A stretch of DNA of 64,000 nt from Patescibacteria group bacterium (GCA_028714495.1 JAQTMH010000001.1:73721-137720), one strand, 5' to 3'; shown: positions 18,529-28,079, numbered from the stretch's first letter. Translations and numbers: made by a program. Notes: generated from the letters alone by a model not told the origin.

Positions 18529-19482
18529 ATGGCTATCCCCTCGCTAAAACAACTCCTTCAAGATTTTCTCGACTATCTCGAAATCGAACGCAATTGCTCT
18601 CTGGCCACAAAGCGAAATTACCAGGCCTATCTTGATCGTTTTTTAGAATGGTCAAAATTGACCAAGCCTCAGGACATTACACTCGACGTAGTTCGGCAAT
18701 ACCGGCTCTACCTCAATCGGCAAGAAAACCAAAAAAAGGAAGTGCTGAAGAAAAGCACCCAGAACTACTATCTTATCGCCCTGCGGTCTTTTCTCAAATA
18801 TTTGGCCAAGCGTGATGTCAAAACCCTGGCCTCGGAAAAAATCGAGCTGGCAAAAATGCCTGAGCGGCAAGTCACCTTTCTCGAAGGCGAAGACCTGGAA
18901 CGTTTTCTCGAAGCGCCTTTAAAAACCAAGGAGCCGGCCATTATCCAGAAGCGCGATAAGGCCATTTTGGAAATGTTTTTCTCAACCGGCCTGCGGGTTT
19001 CGGAATTGGCCAACTTGACCAAAGAACAGATTAATCTCAAAAAAGACGAGTTCACGGTTCGGGGCAAAGGCAGCAAACTGCGCCTGGTCTTTCTCTCAAA
19101 CCAGGCCAAGTACTGGCTGAAAAACTATTTCGACGCTAGGCGCGATACCTCACTCTCGGTTTTTGTCAGGCACGACCGCGCCGTGAAAAAAAACGACGTG
19201 GCCAAGTCCCTCACTCCCAGAAGCATCCAGCGCTTGGTTCAGCACTACGCGAAATCGGCTGGCATCACCAAACGGATTACGCCGCATGTCCTTCGCCATT
19301 CCTATGCTACCGACCTTCTAACCAATGGCGCCGACATCCGCTCGGTCCAATCCCTGCTTGGCCACGCATCCATCACCACCACGCAAATCTATACTCACAT
19401 CACTAATCAGCAGTTGAAAGACGTGTACCAAGCATTTCACAGCCGCAAACGCAAGTCTCCGAATATTGACTCTAAAGAATAA
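18529..19482 (+). CDS. XerC/XerD-family tyrosine recombinase
   Basis: SAM-like N-domain, TGLRVSE, VRGKG, TPHVLRHSYAT, LLGHASITTTQIY. Confidence 0.95.
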   Translation: MAIPSLKQLLQDFLDYLEIERNCSLATKRNYQAYLDRFLEWSKLTKPQDITLDVVRQYRLYLNRQENQKKEVLKKSTQNYYLIALRSFLKYLAKRDVKTLASEKIELAKMPERQVTFLEGEDLERFLEAPLKTKEPAIIQKRDKAILEMFFSTGLRVSELANLTKEQINLKKDEFTVRGKGSKLRLVFLSNQAKYWLKNYFDARRDTSLSVFVRHDRAVKKNDVAKSLTPRSIQRLVQHYAKSAGITKRITPHVLRHSYATDLLTNGADIRSVQSLLGHASITTTQIYTHITNQQLKDVYQAFHSRKRKSPNIDSKE

Positions 19483-19514
19483 ACAAAGTATATTCAAAAC
19501 AAAATAATAAATAA

Positions 19515-20040
19515 GTCCCCATAGTTTCCGCCCAAGGCGGACCCCGAATCCTGCATGGTTCGGGGCAATGATATAGACCCGCCCGACTCGCCTGACGCCC
19601 TCATAGTTTAACGGATAAAACAGTGGCCTTCCCCCGCCCGCCTCAGCGAGCCCTCGTAGCTCAACGGATAGAGCGCCAGCCTTCTAAGCTGGTTATAGAG
19701 GTTCAATTCCTCTCGAGGGCACTTGAGGCGAGCGGGGCGGGTAAGCCGTAGATGTAGGTTCGATTCCTACTGGGGATACCAAAAAATTACTCTAAAAATA
19801 GAATTCAATTCTCGGAGCCCAGCCGGGCGGAGATCTCGCCGAATGGCGGGACTCTCGGGGGCACCAGACGAGTCAGGCGGGCGGGTAGGTTTCAAATTGG
19901 TTCTCCGCCACCATAACTAAAAAATTCGAGGTATGGCGGATCCCCGCCAGCCGTCGGGCAGGCGCCTTTGGCGGAGATTCTCGAAGCGCAGCGAAGATCC
20001 CGCCCTGAGCTTGTCGAAGGGCGGGACTACTGGGGATACA
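19515..20040 (+). pseudogene. Outer and middle decayed tRNA-Arg(TCT) copies split by palindromic insertions
   Basis: Outer copy: GTCCCCATAGTT..CAATG..GGTTC|GATTC|CTACTGGGGATAC. Middle copy: 19597-19631 plus 19742-19781, rejoining to ...GGCCTTC|TAAGCCGTAGATGTAGGTTCGATTCCTACTGGGGATACCA. An extra 3' piece lies at 19798-19866. Confidence 0.8.
19650..19721 (+). tRNA. tRNA-Arg (TCT)
   Basis: Full cloverleaf: GCCCTCG/CGAGGGC acceptor, CCAGC-CTTCTAA-GCTGG anticodon arm, AGAGG-TTCAATT-CCTCT T arm; CCA not encoded. Confidence 0.95.
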
Positions 20041-20158
20041 AGCCTTAAATCACCATCCAGGGTCACCGTCGAACTGGATTCGACGGTCCAGAAAACAAAA
20101 AATAAAACACATTAATAATGACGGGAAAGTAATAATTAATTATTAAATTTCCCGTCAT

Positions 20159-20482
20159 ATGCCACGAACTTATTACGTCTATATCCTGGCCAGTCAACGA
20201 AACGGAACATTATACATCGGCGTTACCAATAATCTTGAACGAAGAATATTTGAACACAAGACGAAATTCAACAAAGGATTCACCGAAAAGTACAATGTTA
20301 GTAAACTCGTGTATTTTGAGGAAACAAACGAAATCGGCGAGGCAATTCGTCGAGAGAAGCAACTGAAAGGATGGAACAGGGAATGGAAATTGGTCCTCAT
20401 TGAAAATGCGAACCCGAACTGGCATGATTTGGCAGCCGGATGGTTTAGCGGAGTTTCTGGGTCATCGGATCCCCCCGACTAG
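20159..20482 (+). CDS. Small GIY-YIG nuclease family protein
   Basis: YYVYILAS..TLYIGVTNNLERR..H, AIRREKQLKGWNREWK..LIE..NPNW; flanked by palindromes. Confidence 0.95.
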   Translation: MPRTYYVYILASQRNGTLYIGVTNNLERRIFEHKTKFNKGFTEKYNVSKLVYFEETNEIGEAIRREKQLKGWNREWKLVLIENANPNWHDLAAGWFSGVSGSSDPPD

Positions 20483-20604
20483 ATCGGGGGTCGATGACGA
20501 CAATCTAAGTAGGTTTATTATATTGTTACTACCGGACTTAATCGGATGTTCCCGAAAGACAGAACGAAGTTCGGTGAGAAACGCGTGTCTACCTGGCGAT
20601 ATCG

Positions 20605-21198
20605 TTATGGCAACCTGGCTAATATCGTCAGCATTATCGTCTTGGCCTGTTCTTGGTTGCCGTTAAGGCCATAGAGTACTTGGGCCGTAAAGACGTCGCC
20701 GCCGCGGAGAACCCGAAAAAATCCCTGATCCGCGTCCCAATAGGCAAGGTCGCCATAACCGGTCACATCGATTGCGCGGTCCAATCGGGCCTTGTTCGCG
20801 TCGTAGTTTGCGCGCGCGGTTGTGGCTGAACCGAAGCGGTCAACCCCGACCCAAACCGATCTGGCAGTGGCCCCAGTGGCTGCCGTGGCGTAAACACAGT
20901 AATAATTATTGTCGTAACTAGAAAGAAATATTTTTCCAGTCGGCGGATCAGGCGGCACGAGCGTGACACCAACGATTTTTTCAGCTTCAGCTTGCGAATA
21001 GAGCTGACAAGCATGTTCAAACGAGGAGATGGAATTAGCATTTAACGTATTTGTCATGCTGGTGTTGCTGGTTGAGGCATTATTAGTTTGGTTCGTGTTG
21101 GTGGTGGTTTTTTTCGATGAGCAACTGGCACCGAGTAAAAGGATTATAGCGCTAATAAAGATAAGACTCGCCAAACGATAGGAAGGATGTGTTTTCAT
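20605..21198 (-). CDS. Lipoprotein (DUF3558-like)
   Basis: LGASC lipobox, N/T-rich linker, HACQLYS..EAEKIVG, VTGYGDLAYW. Confidence 0.75.
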   Translation of the reverse strand: MKTHPSYRLASLIFISAIILLLGASCSSKKTTTNTNQTNNASTSNTSMTNTLNANSISSFEHACQLYSQAEAEKIVGVTLVPPDPPTGKIFLSSYDNNYYCVYATAATGATARSVWVGVDRFGSATTARANYDANKARLDRAIDVTGYGDLAYWDADQGFFRVLRGGDVFTAQVLYGLNGNQEQAKTIMLTILARLP

Positions 21199-21360
21199 AA
21201 GAATATTTATATAAATGATTGGTTTACGCCGTCTTTTCTGTTTTTTTCAGTGATATAATCAAATAATTTTTCAACTATTTGAGCTGGGCTTTGAATTATA
21301 TTGCTTAAGGATATTTCGCCTTTATTATACTCCCATTCCTGATTAAAAAAAGCCCATCCC

Positions 21361-21603
21361 TTAGGATGAGCCGGCTTTGACCATGACCCCAATCGGTGGC
21401 GGGGTGTGGGCCGCATACGGCATATTGCAGAGCGCACAGGGCTTGGCTGGAGCGGTGACCGAGATGTCTCTAACATGAACTGTTGTCGTTTCTCGATGAC
21501 CACAGTAGGAACATTTGAGCGTGTAGCGAAAAGTGACTTGGCCAGTACGTTTGGCGTAGCACTGAGCGTATTTACCGCATCGTGGACAGGCCGTTTCGGG
21601 CAT
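21361..21603 (-). CDS. 80-aa multi-CxxC zinc-ribbon protein
   Basis: CPRC, CSYC, CALC; purine-rich SD before the ATG at 21603. Confidence 0.6.
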   Translation of the reverse strand: MPETACPRCGKYAQCYAKRTGQVTFRYTLKCSYCGHRETTTVHVRDISVTAPAKPCALCNMPYAAHTPPPIGVMVKAGSS

Positions 21604-21697
21604 ATGGACCCCCCTTTCCTTATGGTAAAGAGCTGATTGGCTTACACTGGCTCTCAAGGCTAGCAAATAGACTGACGCGCTGTCAAGCGGCTGGCTG

Positions 21698-22495
21698 TTA
21701 CAACTTTCGCAGGATTTCCGGCATCATAGCTTTAGCCGCTTTTTCGCCAGCCAGGATGTTTTGCTGGACTGTTTTTTTATTGAAAAAATCATTGAAGCCG
21801 ACCAGCTTTTCGCTGTGGGTTTGCGGCTCAATAAGAATATCAGTGGAATTAACCGTCTGATCGCTGAAATTGTGCCGGATTATTGACAAGGCTCGATAGG
21901 TTACGTCAGTAATATTTTTCTTGGACAAAGGCTTAAGCTTGATATCCGTATCCAGGCTTACCGAAATTACAACATCGGCGCCCATGGCCCGGACCACGTC
22001 GTCCGGCACCGGATTGGTCAATCCTCCGTCAGCTAGAAACCATTCGTCGTACTGTATCGGCGTAAAAACCGGCGTGGACGCGATGCTCGCCCGTACCGCT
22101 TTTATCACATCGCCTTCAGTCAGATGGATCTCTTTCCCAGTGTGCAAATCAGTGGCGACCAGGGTTAGCGGGATTTTCAAATCGGAAAACTGAAGATAAC
22201 CGATCTGCTCACGCAGGAGCTTCTCTATTTTATTCCCTACCATCAATCCGCCTTTCCAGGTCAGGTCAACAAGCGCCAGCCACTGCCTGAAGCCACTCTG
22301 TTTCATCGCGAATTCTTCAATTCTCCGGCTTGAGCCCCAAGCCGCGTAAAAAGCGCCGATCAAAGAACCGATGCTCGCGCCGGCAATGTAGTCAATTGGA
22401 ATTTTGTTCGTCTCGAGCTGTTTCAAAACTCCGATATGCGCCAGTCCGCGCACGCCGCCAGAACCGAGGACTAGACCGATTTTTCTTTTTTTCAT
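21698..22495 (-). CDS. Patatin-like phospholipase (RssA type)
   Basis: GSGGVRG, GASIG, DGG. Confidence 0.94.
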   Translation of the reverse strand: MKKRKIGLVLGSGGVRGLAHIGVLKQLETNKIPIDYIAGASIGSLIGAFYAAWGSSRRIEEFAMKQSGFRQWLALVDLTWKGGLMVGNKIEKLLREQIGYLQFSDLKIPLTLVATDLHTGKEIHLTEGDVIKAVRASIASTPVFTPIQYDEWFLADGGLTNPVPDDVVRAMGADVVISVSLDTDIKLKPLSKKNITDVTYRALSIIRHNFSDQTVNSTDILIEPQTHSEKLVGFNDFFNKKTVQQNILAGEKAAKAMMPEILRKL

Positions 22496-22621
22496 ATCCG
22501 TAATAGTAAAAAAATACTATACCAGTATACCAGGTATTTATCTTTCAGCCAATCGATTATCAAATGCCCCGAGGGTACGAATGGATGTATCGGCGTACCA
22601 CAACCAGCTGACGGATTAGGG

Positions 22622-23356
22622 TCATTGTTTCACCGCCTCGATCAATAAACTCTCCAATGGAATACCGCTATATTGTTCTTTGCTAATTGCTTTATTTTCC
22701 GCCAAAATAGTCACTTTAAAACCCGCCTTTCTCACTATTTCCAAATATTCGTCTCTTAGAATAGCTCCGCCGACGCAGCCAGCAATAAGCTTTTCATCTT
22801 TTCTTTGTTCCGGCGACAATTCCTCAAGTAACACAATATCTGACACAAACATCCGGCCGCCCGGTTTCAGTATCCGGTATGCCTCCTCAAACACTTTAGT
22901 TTTGTCCGGCGCCAGATTAATCACGCAGTTTGAAATAATCACGTTAGCCGAATCGTCCTTGAGCGGAAGATTTTCGATATCGCCCAGGACAAAATCGACG
23001 TTTCTGAAATCCATTTTCAAAGCATTGGTTTTCGCTTTGACAATCATCTCCACGGTAAAATCTACGCCGATGACTTTTCCCGCCGGACCCACTTTTTTCG
23101 CGGCTAGAAAACAATCAATGCCCGCGCCGCTTCCGAGATCAACGACCGTGTCGCCCGGTTTCATTTTCCCAAACGCGACCGGATTGCCGCAGCCCAGCCC
23201 TAAGTCCGCTTCGCCAACCTGCGCCAGGTCCTTTTTTGAATAACCGATGCTCTGCGAAACGCTTTTCTGCGGTGAACACGAACAGCCGCAGTTTTTTATT
23301 TTTGCGCCCGCGATTTCTGAATATTTGCTTTTAACGATTTTTTTAATATCTGCCAT
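22622..23356 (-). CDS. arsM: Arsenite methyltransferase
   Basis: GLGCGNP, DLGSGAGID, ISNCVINL, AGCVGGA. Confidence 0.92.
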   Translation of the reverse strand: MADIKKIVKSKYSEIAGAKIKNCGCSCSPQKSVSQSIGYSKKDLAQVGEADLGLGCGNPVAFGKMKPGDTVVDLGSGAGIDCFLAAKKVGPAGKVIGVDFTVEMIVKAKTNALKMDFRNVDFVLGDIENLPLKDDSANVIISNCVINLAPDKTKVFEEAYRILKPGGRMFVSDIVLLEELSPEQRKDEKLIAGCVGGAILRDEYLEIVRKAGFKVTILAENKAISKEQYSGIPLESLLIEAVKQ

Positions 23357-23391
23357 AAAATATTATTCATAGTTAACTAAGTATATAAAAA

Positions 23392-24768
23392 TCAATCCTC
23401 GCCTCCAAATCCCAGGTAGTCCACTTTTGAATCGCCTAAACTAAAATCAATCCCGGCTAATGTCGGCAGAGTAACGGTTACATCCATTGACGGACGGTCG
23501 CAGATAAAATAGAAACAGCGTTCATTTTCCTCATTCCGGAGAGTAATTTTATTGTCTGTCTGTTCAACTATCAGTTCATCAATAAACAGATCAAATCCTT
23601 TAGCCGTAACAGCGTAAGTATCCCCCTTCAAAAAGGTAATATCATAATCATCCGCTGTTTCAATTGAAGTAAAAGGGTTAAGCTCAAATGCTCGGGTCGA
23701 ATCAAGGCGCGCGTTTATATCTTCGTAGATATTTTCGACGCGCGGACCAGCTTCCACGGCGATGGCGCCAGCCACTACGATTGAAATCATCCACAGGACG
23801 ATCAGCGCTCCTGAAAGTACTCCGGAAAAAACATTTTTCCGTCTCATCAGGGCCAGGCTGGCCAGGAATAAAAACACGACCGGGACAATAGCGATAATCA
23901 TGGAGGCGCTGACACCGAGGTAGTAGGTCGAGGCACCCAGCATTTCCCGGAAGGGATAATCAAAATATAGTTGAGGCGAGTCCAGGCTCACGAGCATGAT
24001 ACCCCAGGAAACCAAAAGGGATAAAATTGTCACGCCAAAACTAAAGACTAATACGGCCCCGATAAACGAAACAAAAAACGGCCCGGCTTTTTGGATAAAT
24101 TTGCCGACCCAGCGGAAAAAAGAATCAAAGAATCCGAGAATAGCCGGCATTGATTTCTTCGTGGCATCCAGGCCCTTTTTACCGCCTTTGGCAATTTTCC
24201 TTGAAACTTGTTCAATTTTTTTTAGGGTGATTGGCTTACCCTGCATTTCCAGTTTTTGAGTACTGGTTTCCGCCTCGGGTACGATAACCCACATTACCAG
24301 GTAGGCGATGATTCCCGTACCGCCGAGAAAGATCGAGGCAAAAAATATGAGCCGCGCGATCACCGGGTCAAAGCCGAAATAACTGGCAATACCTGAAGCC
24401 ACGCCGGCGATAACTTTATCATCTGGGTTGCGGTAGAGTCTGCGGTAGGACGCTTGGCTCTCTTGGTGGGGTTCGGGTTTTTCTATTTCTCCAGCATCTT
24501 CCTCAACCGCGGCAAAATCCTCAACCGTGCCCATTACTTTAATCAAGGCCTCGACATCAGCCAGGGTAATTACTTCTTTTCCCTTTGGCCGAGCTGTAAA
24601 TTTATCAGCGATGCTTGATTCAATGTCTTTAATTATTTCCTTGGCGTCGCCATTTCGATTCGAATAATATCCTTTTATTGAATCAAGATATTCTTTTAGC
24701 TTGGCGTAAGCCCCCTCCTCGATATGGAAGAGAACGCCGTTTAATTCAATGTTGACCGCTTTATTCAT
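23392..24768 (-). CDS. PspC domain membrane protein with C-terminal DUF2807-like region
   Basis: RRLYRNPDDKVIAGVASG PspC motif, multiple TM helices. Confidence 0.88.
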   Translation of the reverse strand: MNKAVNIELNGVLFHIEEGAYAKLKEYLDSIKGYYSNRNGDAKEIIKDIESSIADKFTARPKGKEVITLADVEALIKVMGTVEDFAAVEEDAGEIEKPEPHQESQASYRRLYRNPDDKVIAGVASGIASYFGFDPVIARLIFFASIFLGGTGIIAYLVMWVIVPEAETSTQKLEMQGKPITLKKIEQVSRKIAKGGKKGLDATKKSMPAILGFFDSFFRWVGKFIQKAGPFFVSFIGAVLVFSFGVTILSLLVSWGIMLVSLDSPQLYFDYPFREMLGASTYYLGVSASMIIAIVPVVFLFLASLALMRRKNVFSGVLSGALIVLWMISIVVAGAIAVEAGPRVENIYEDINARLDSTRAFELNPFTSIETADDYDITFLKGDTYAVTAKGFDLFIDELIVEQTDNKITLRNEENERCFYFICDRPSMDVTVTLPTLAGIDFSLGDSKVDYLGFGGED

Positions 24769-25133
24769 ATTTTTTCAGTCTTAGTAATTAAAGAGTTTAT
24801 CGATTTATTAAATTTATTCCAGGTTAGGGTGAGTCTTTTGATCGCCTCTTTCCCTTTTGTGGTTAGGGTGTAATATTTTCGCGGCGGGCCGCTCTTTGAC
24901 TCGGTCCAAGTATATTCCACCAGACCGGAATTTTTCAGCCGGCTCAATAGGGGGTAAAGGGTTCCTTCAACTACGATTAAGTCGGCTATTTCGAGCTGTT
25001 TTAAGATATCCGGGGCATAGGTTTTCCCTTTGGAAATAACCAGCAAGATACAAAACTCCAGGATTCCTTTTCTCATCTGGGCTTTAGTGTTTTCTAAGTC
25101 ATTTTTAAGATTTTCTTCTGTATTTCTGTCCAT
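24765..25133 (-). CDS. PadR family transcriptional regulator
   Basis: QMRKGILEFCIL, EGTLYPLLSRL, GPPRKYY. Confidence 0.95.
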   Translation of the reverse strand: MDRNTEENLKNDLENTKAQMRKGILEFCILLVISKGKTYAPDILKQLEIADLIVVEGTLYPLLSRLKNSGLVEYTWTESKSGPPRKYYTLTTKGKEAIKRLTLTWNKFNKSINSLITKTEKI

Positions 25134-25300
25134 AAGACAAGGCTAGCACTAATTACCTTGTAATGCAAGGTACCTGGCTGTGGATAACTATAATTACAAA
25201 AAACCATCTGGTTGGGGATGGAACTTAGGTTAGGCGAGAAATTTTATATACTGGATAATTTCTTGACAAGGTAATTGTTACTATGGTAACATTCCGTTGT

Positions 25301-25585
25301 ATGACAATCGGCGAATTTATACTTGAATATAGGGAAAAAAACGATATTACCCAGTCAGAATTTGCAAAGAAATCCGGACTTGCAAGAAGTTACATCGCAA
25401 GACTAGAAAGGGGTGATTTCGAAGACGGATCAATAGGTCTAGCAACATTTATTCGATTATCTAAGGCGTTAGGAATCCCTATGTATAGATTATTTAGTGA
25501 TCTAAAATACGATAATCAGGGAAATTTACCACCATTGGGAGCCTACTTATTAAGAGCCCAAAGAAGAAGAAAAAGCGATGTATAA
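25301..25585 (+). CDS. XRE-family HTH regulator
   Basis: ITQSEFAKKSGLARSYIARLERG. Confidence 0.88.
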   Translation: MTIGEFILEYREKNDITQSEFAKKSGLARSYIARLERGDFEDGSIGLATFIRLSKALGIPMYRLFSDLKYDNQGNLPPLGAYLLRAQRRRKSDV

Positions 25586-26131
25586 CCTACGTCAAGAAGC
25601 ACAAAAAACGGCAAACGCATTACTTTACGCAGCTAATGTTAATAAACCACCCATACGGATAGATAATATAATAAATTGGCTACGTAAAAATTTGAATTTC
25701 AATATCACCATCTTTAAAAGTGATCAGTATCTAAATTATTATCGTCTTTCCGGTCAGTTAATGAGAAGGGGGCAGAATGTTTGGATTCTTATCAATAAAA
25801 ATGAACACGAAGTCCGCCAACGTTTTACTTTAGCCCATGAATTAGGACACTTGCTTGATGCCTATCAAGTTGCGCATATGACCGAGCTTACTAGAAATCA
25901 TAATCCTGAACGTTACGCTAACCAGTTTGCTTCAGAGCTATTAATGCCAGCCGAGCTTGTTAGAGAAGAGTGGAGTAAATTTTCACAAGAACTCTACCCG
26001 CAATCGTGCAATTCAAGCTATCAAAAATTTTCAATGTATCAAATGAAGCTATGGGCTATCGTCTTAATGAATTGAATATACAAAGCGAACACTGGGCTGG
26101 TACGTCGACTCCACCTGTATATAGTAGTTAA
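25578..26131 (+). pseudogene. ImmA/IrrE-family metallopeptidase with an apparent frameshift near 26000
   Basis: RQRFTLAHELGH, ERYANQFASELLMP; the canonical tail LSKIFNVSNEAMGYRLNEL lies in the -1 frame, ending at 26131. Confidence 0.75.
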
Positions 26132-26159
26132 TATGATATCTTAAAGGAAGTGATTATAT

Positions 26160-26450
26160 ATGGCAAAGCGAGGAAAAGTTGGTCAGGCAAAACACGACAG
26201 GAAGGTGCAGAAAGAACTTGAGAAATTTATTGATCAGGACTTTCGCACGTGGGCAGACCTACCTGGTCGGACCAAGCCACCAAAAGTTGGCGGACGAGTA
26301 CCCGACATCTATGCGCGAAAAGGAAAGAAGCTGGTCGTAGAAGAAATTGAAACCGTTTCAACGAAAAATGCCGACAAACAGCAGCAAAAACAGCTCCGTA
26401 AAGGCACCAAAAAACTTGGTGGCAAGTTTTTTGTGAAGACTGTTAAGTAA
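26160..26450 (+). CDS. Small basic hypothetical protein, PD-(D/E)XK-like
   Basis: VPDIYARKGKKLVVEEIET; AAAGGAAG SD. Confidence 0.65.
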   Translation: MAKRGKVGQAKHDRKVQKELEKFIDQDFRTWADLPGRTKPPKVGGRVPDIYARKGKKLVVEEIETVSTKNADKQQQKQLRKGTKKLGGKFFVKTVK

Positions 26451-26505
26451 GAGTAATAACAATAAAAACAGGGGGATCAATTTAGCCTGCACTAAAATTT
26501 ACCAC

Positions 26506-27207
26506 ATGAAAACTGTAATATTTATACTCACAATTTTAATTCTTTTGTCATTCGTTGCATATTATTATAGTTCTGATAAAATTCAGTTTGATCAAATATC
26601 ACTATCATTCTTAAGCGCTTCTATCAGTGTACTTATTGCCGTTATCTTGATCAATTATTATTTAGAGGACGAGAAGAGGAAACGTTGGAAAAAGCTATCA
26701 GGTAAAGTAAATGAAGTATTGTCAAATATGTTTTGGGATCTTTTTAGCTATGTCGATTTTATTACTGATCCACCAAATTCGAATTTTTGGCCAAAAGTTG
26801 ATGACGCAATATCACCCTATGAGCTCTATCACAGAAAACTTAAGGCAAAACACAAATCAAGTAGAATAACCATTCACCCTGAACGTTTTGATGGTTTGCT
26901 AGATGAAGAAATTGGCTGGGGCAAATACTACGAAAACACAAAACGTGAATTTGATGAATTGGAGATCAAGTACCTAGAATTTATTAGTCCAGAGACTCTA
27001 TATAATATTATTGAAATTGAAAAAATTTTAACAAGTATTTCAAGTGGAATAAGAATTATACAAGATTCAATAAAAAGAGGCGAGGAAGAAAGTGGTTATA
27101 TCATAAGTATTAAAGAATCGACTGAGGATGATCATAAAAAAATATTCGCAGTACTCACAAATGTAATACAAAATATTGATTTTTTCGAAATTCATAAAAC
27201 CGTTTAG
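26506..27207 (+). CDS. Hypothetical 2-TM membrane protein
   Basis: 233-aa low-GC ORF with two N-terminal hydrophobic helices. Confidence 0.75.
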   Translation: MKTVIFILTILILLSFVAYYYSSDKIQFDQISLSFLSASISVLIAVILINYYLEDEKRKRWKKLSGKVNEVLSNMFWDLFSYVDFITDPPNSNFWPKVDDAISPYELYHRKLKAKHKSSRITIHPERFDGLLDEEIGWGKYYENTKREFDELEIKYLEFISPETLYNIIEIEKILTSISSGIRIIQDSIKRGEEESGYIISIKESTEDDHKKIFAVLTNVIQNIDFFEIHKTV

Positions 27208-27419
27208 ACTTGACCTAGGTTGACCTTTGCAATGTCATCATATACTTGCTCCGAACTTTTATCCTCCGTCTCAATATCAACCCCACATTTACCCCAGACA
27301 ATATCTGACTCCCAGTAGGCCGCGGAGGATGAGGTGATGATTCATAAAGTTATTCTATGGCAAACATGGATAAAAAGCCAATCGTTTTATATATTTTTTA
27401 GTTATAAAAATGCCACTGG

Positions 27420-28079
27420 TTAGCCAGCGGCATTTTGTCTCTCCCTTACGAGCGATTGAGCAATGATATGACAGATATGCCTTCGTCTCCGTGCTATTTC
27501 ATCTTGCGGTAGGTCAGCGTGTCGTATCGTTACTTTGTATCCCCGAACGGGTCTTCCCGCGTTTCCGATCATTGCGGGAGAAGCTGGCGCTTCTTCTAAA
27601 GATTCCAGGAACTGTGAGAGTTCTTCGGGGAAGAAGAACTTAACGCGGCCTATCTCGTCAGGACGTAGAATTGGAGATACCCGTTCCTCAACTGTTTGTA
27701 ATGATGCGCGATCAAGAGCTACGGAAACTACGTAATCGTAGCCCGCATCGAGACACTTACGAATATTCCCATTCTCTTGGAGTACCGTCGTAACGGGAAT
27801 CTCACAAGCGACTCGAACATTTCGGCCACGAATGCTTACGTCGACTCGCTTTCTGGTTCCCGGAATCAGATCTTCGACGATGGCTCCGTATCCCAGGTTT
27901 AAAGCGAGTTGACTAACAAGAAGCTGAACGTACTTATGTCTAGCGCCGCCAGCCCCGCCTCCAGGAGACGCCCTCCTCCTCCCCTTGGGTTGGGACGCTA
28001 GCAATCCTTTCTCTATCTGTTCTGCAGAAGCAAGCCATTGTGATGTTTCAGATAGCGTTTCAGATAGCCTTGAGGTCAT
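27420..28079 (-). CDS. Hypothetical protein with PD-(D/E)XK-like fold
   Basis: RHKYVQ..GYGAIVE..RVDVSI..VACEI..NIRKCLDAGYD. Confidence 0.6.
   Translation of the reverse strand: MTSRLSETLSETSQWLASAEQIEKGLLASQPKGRRRASPGGGAGGARHKYVQLLVSQLALNLGYGAIVEDLIPGTRKRVDVSIRGRNVRVACEIPVTTVLQENGNIRKCLDAGYDYVVSVALDRASLQTVEERVSPILRPDEIGRVKFFFPEELSQFLESLEEAPASPAMIGNAGRPVRGYKVTIRHADLPQDEIARRRRHICHIIAQSLVRERQNAAG

Noticed and set aside
18529-19482. Tyrosine recombinase as the integrase of an island at tRNA-Arg
   Set aside because: It looks like a housekeeping XerC/D with host-like composition, and no distal att copy was found.
27310-27319. Short match to the tRNA-Arg 3' end (CCTACTGGG) as an att site
   Set aside because: Only 9 nt and in inverted orientation; compatible with chance.
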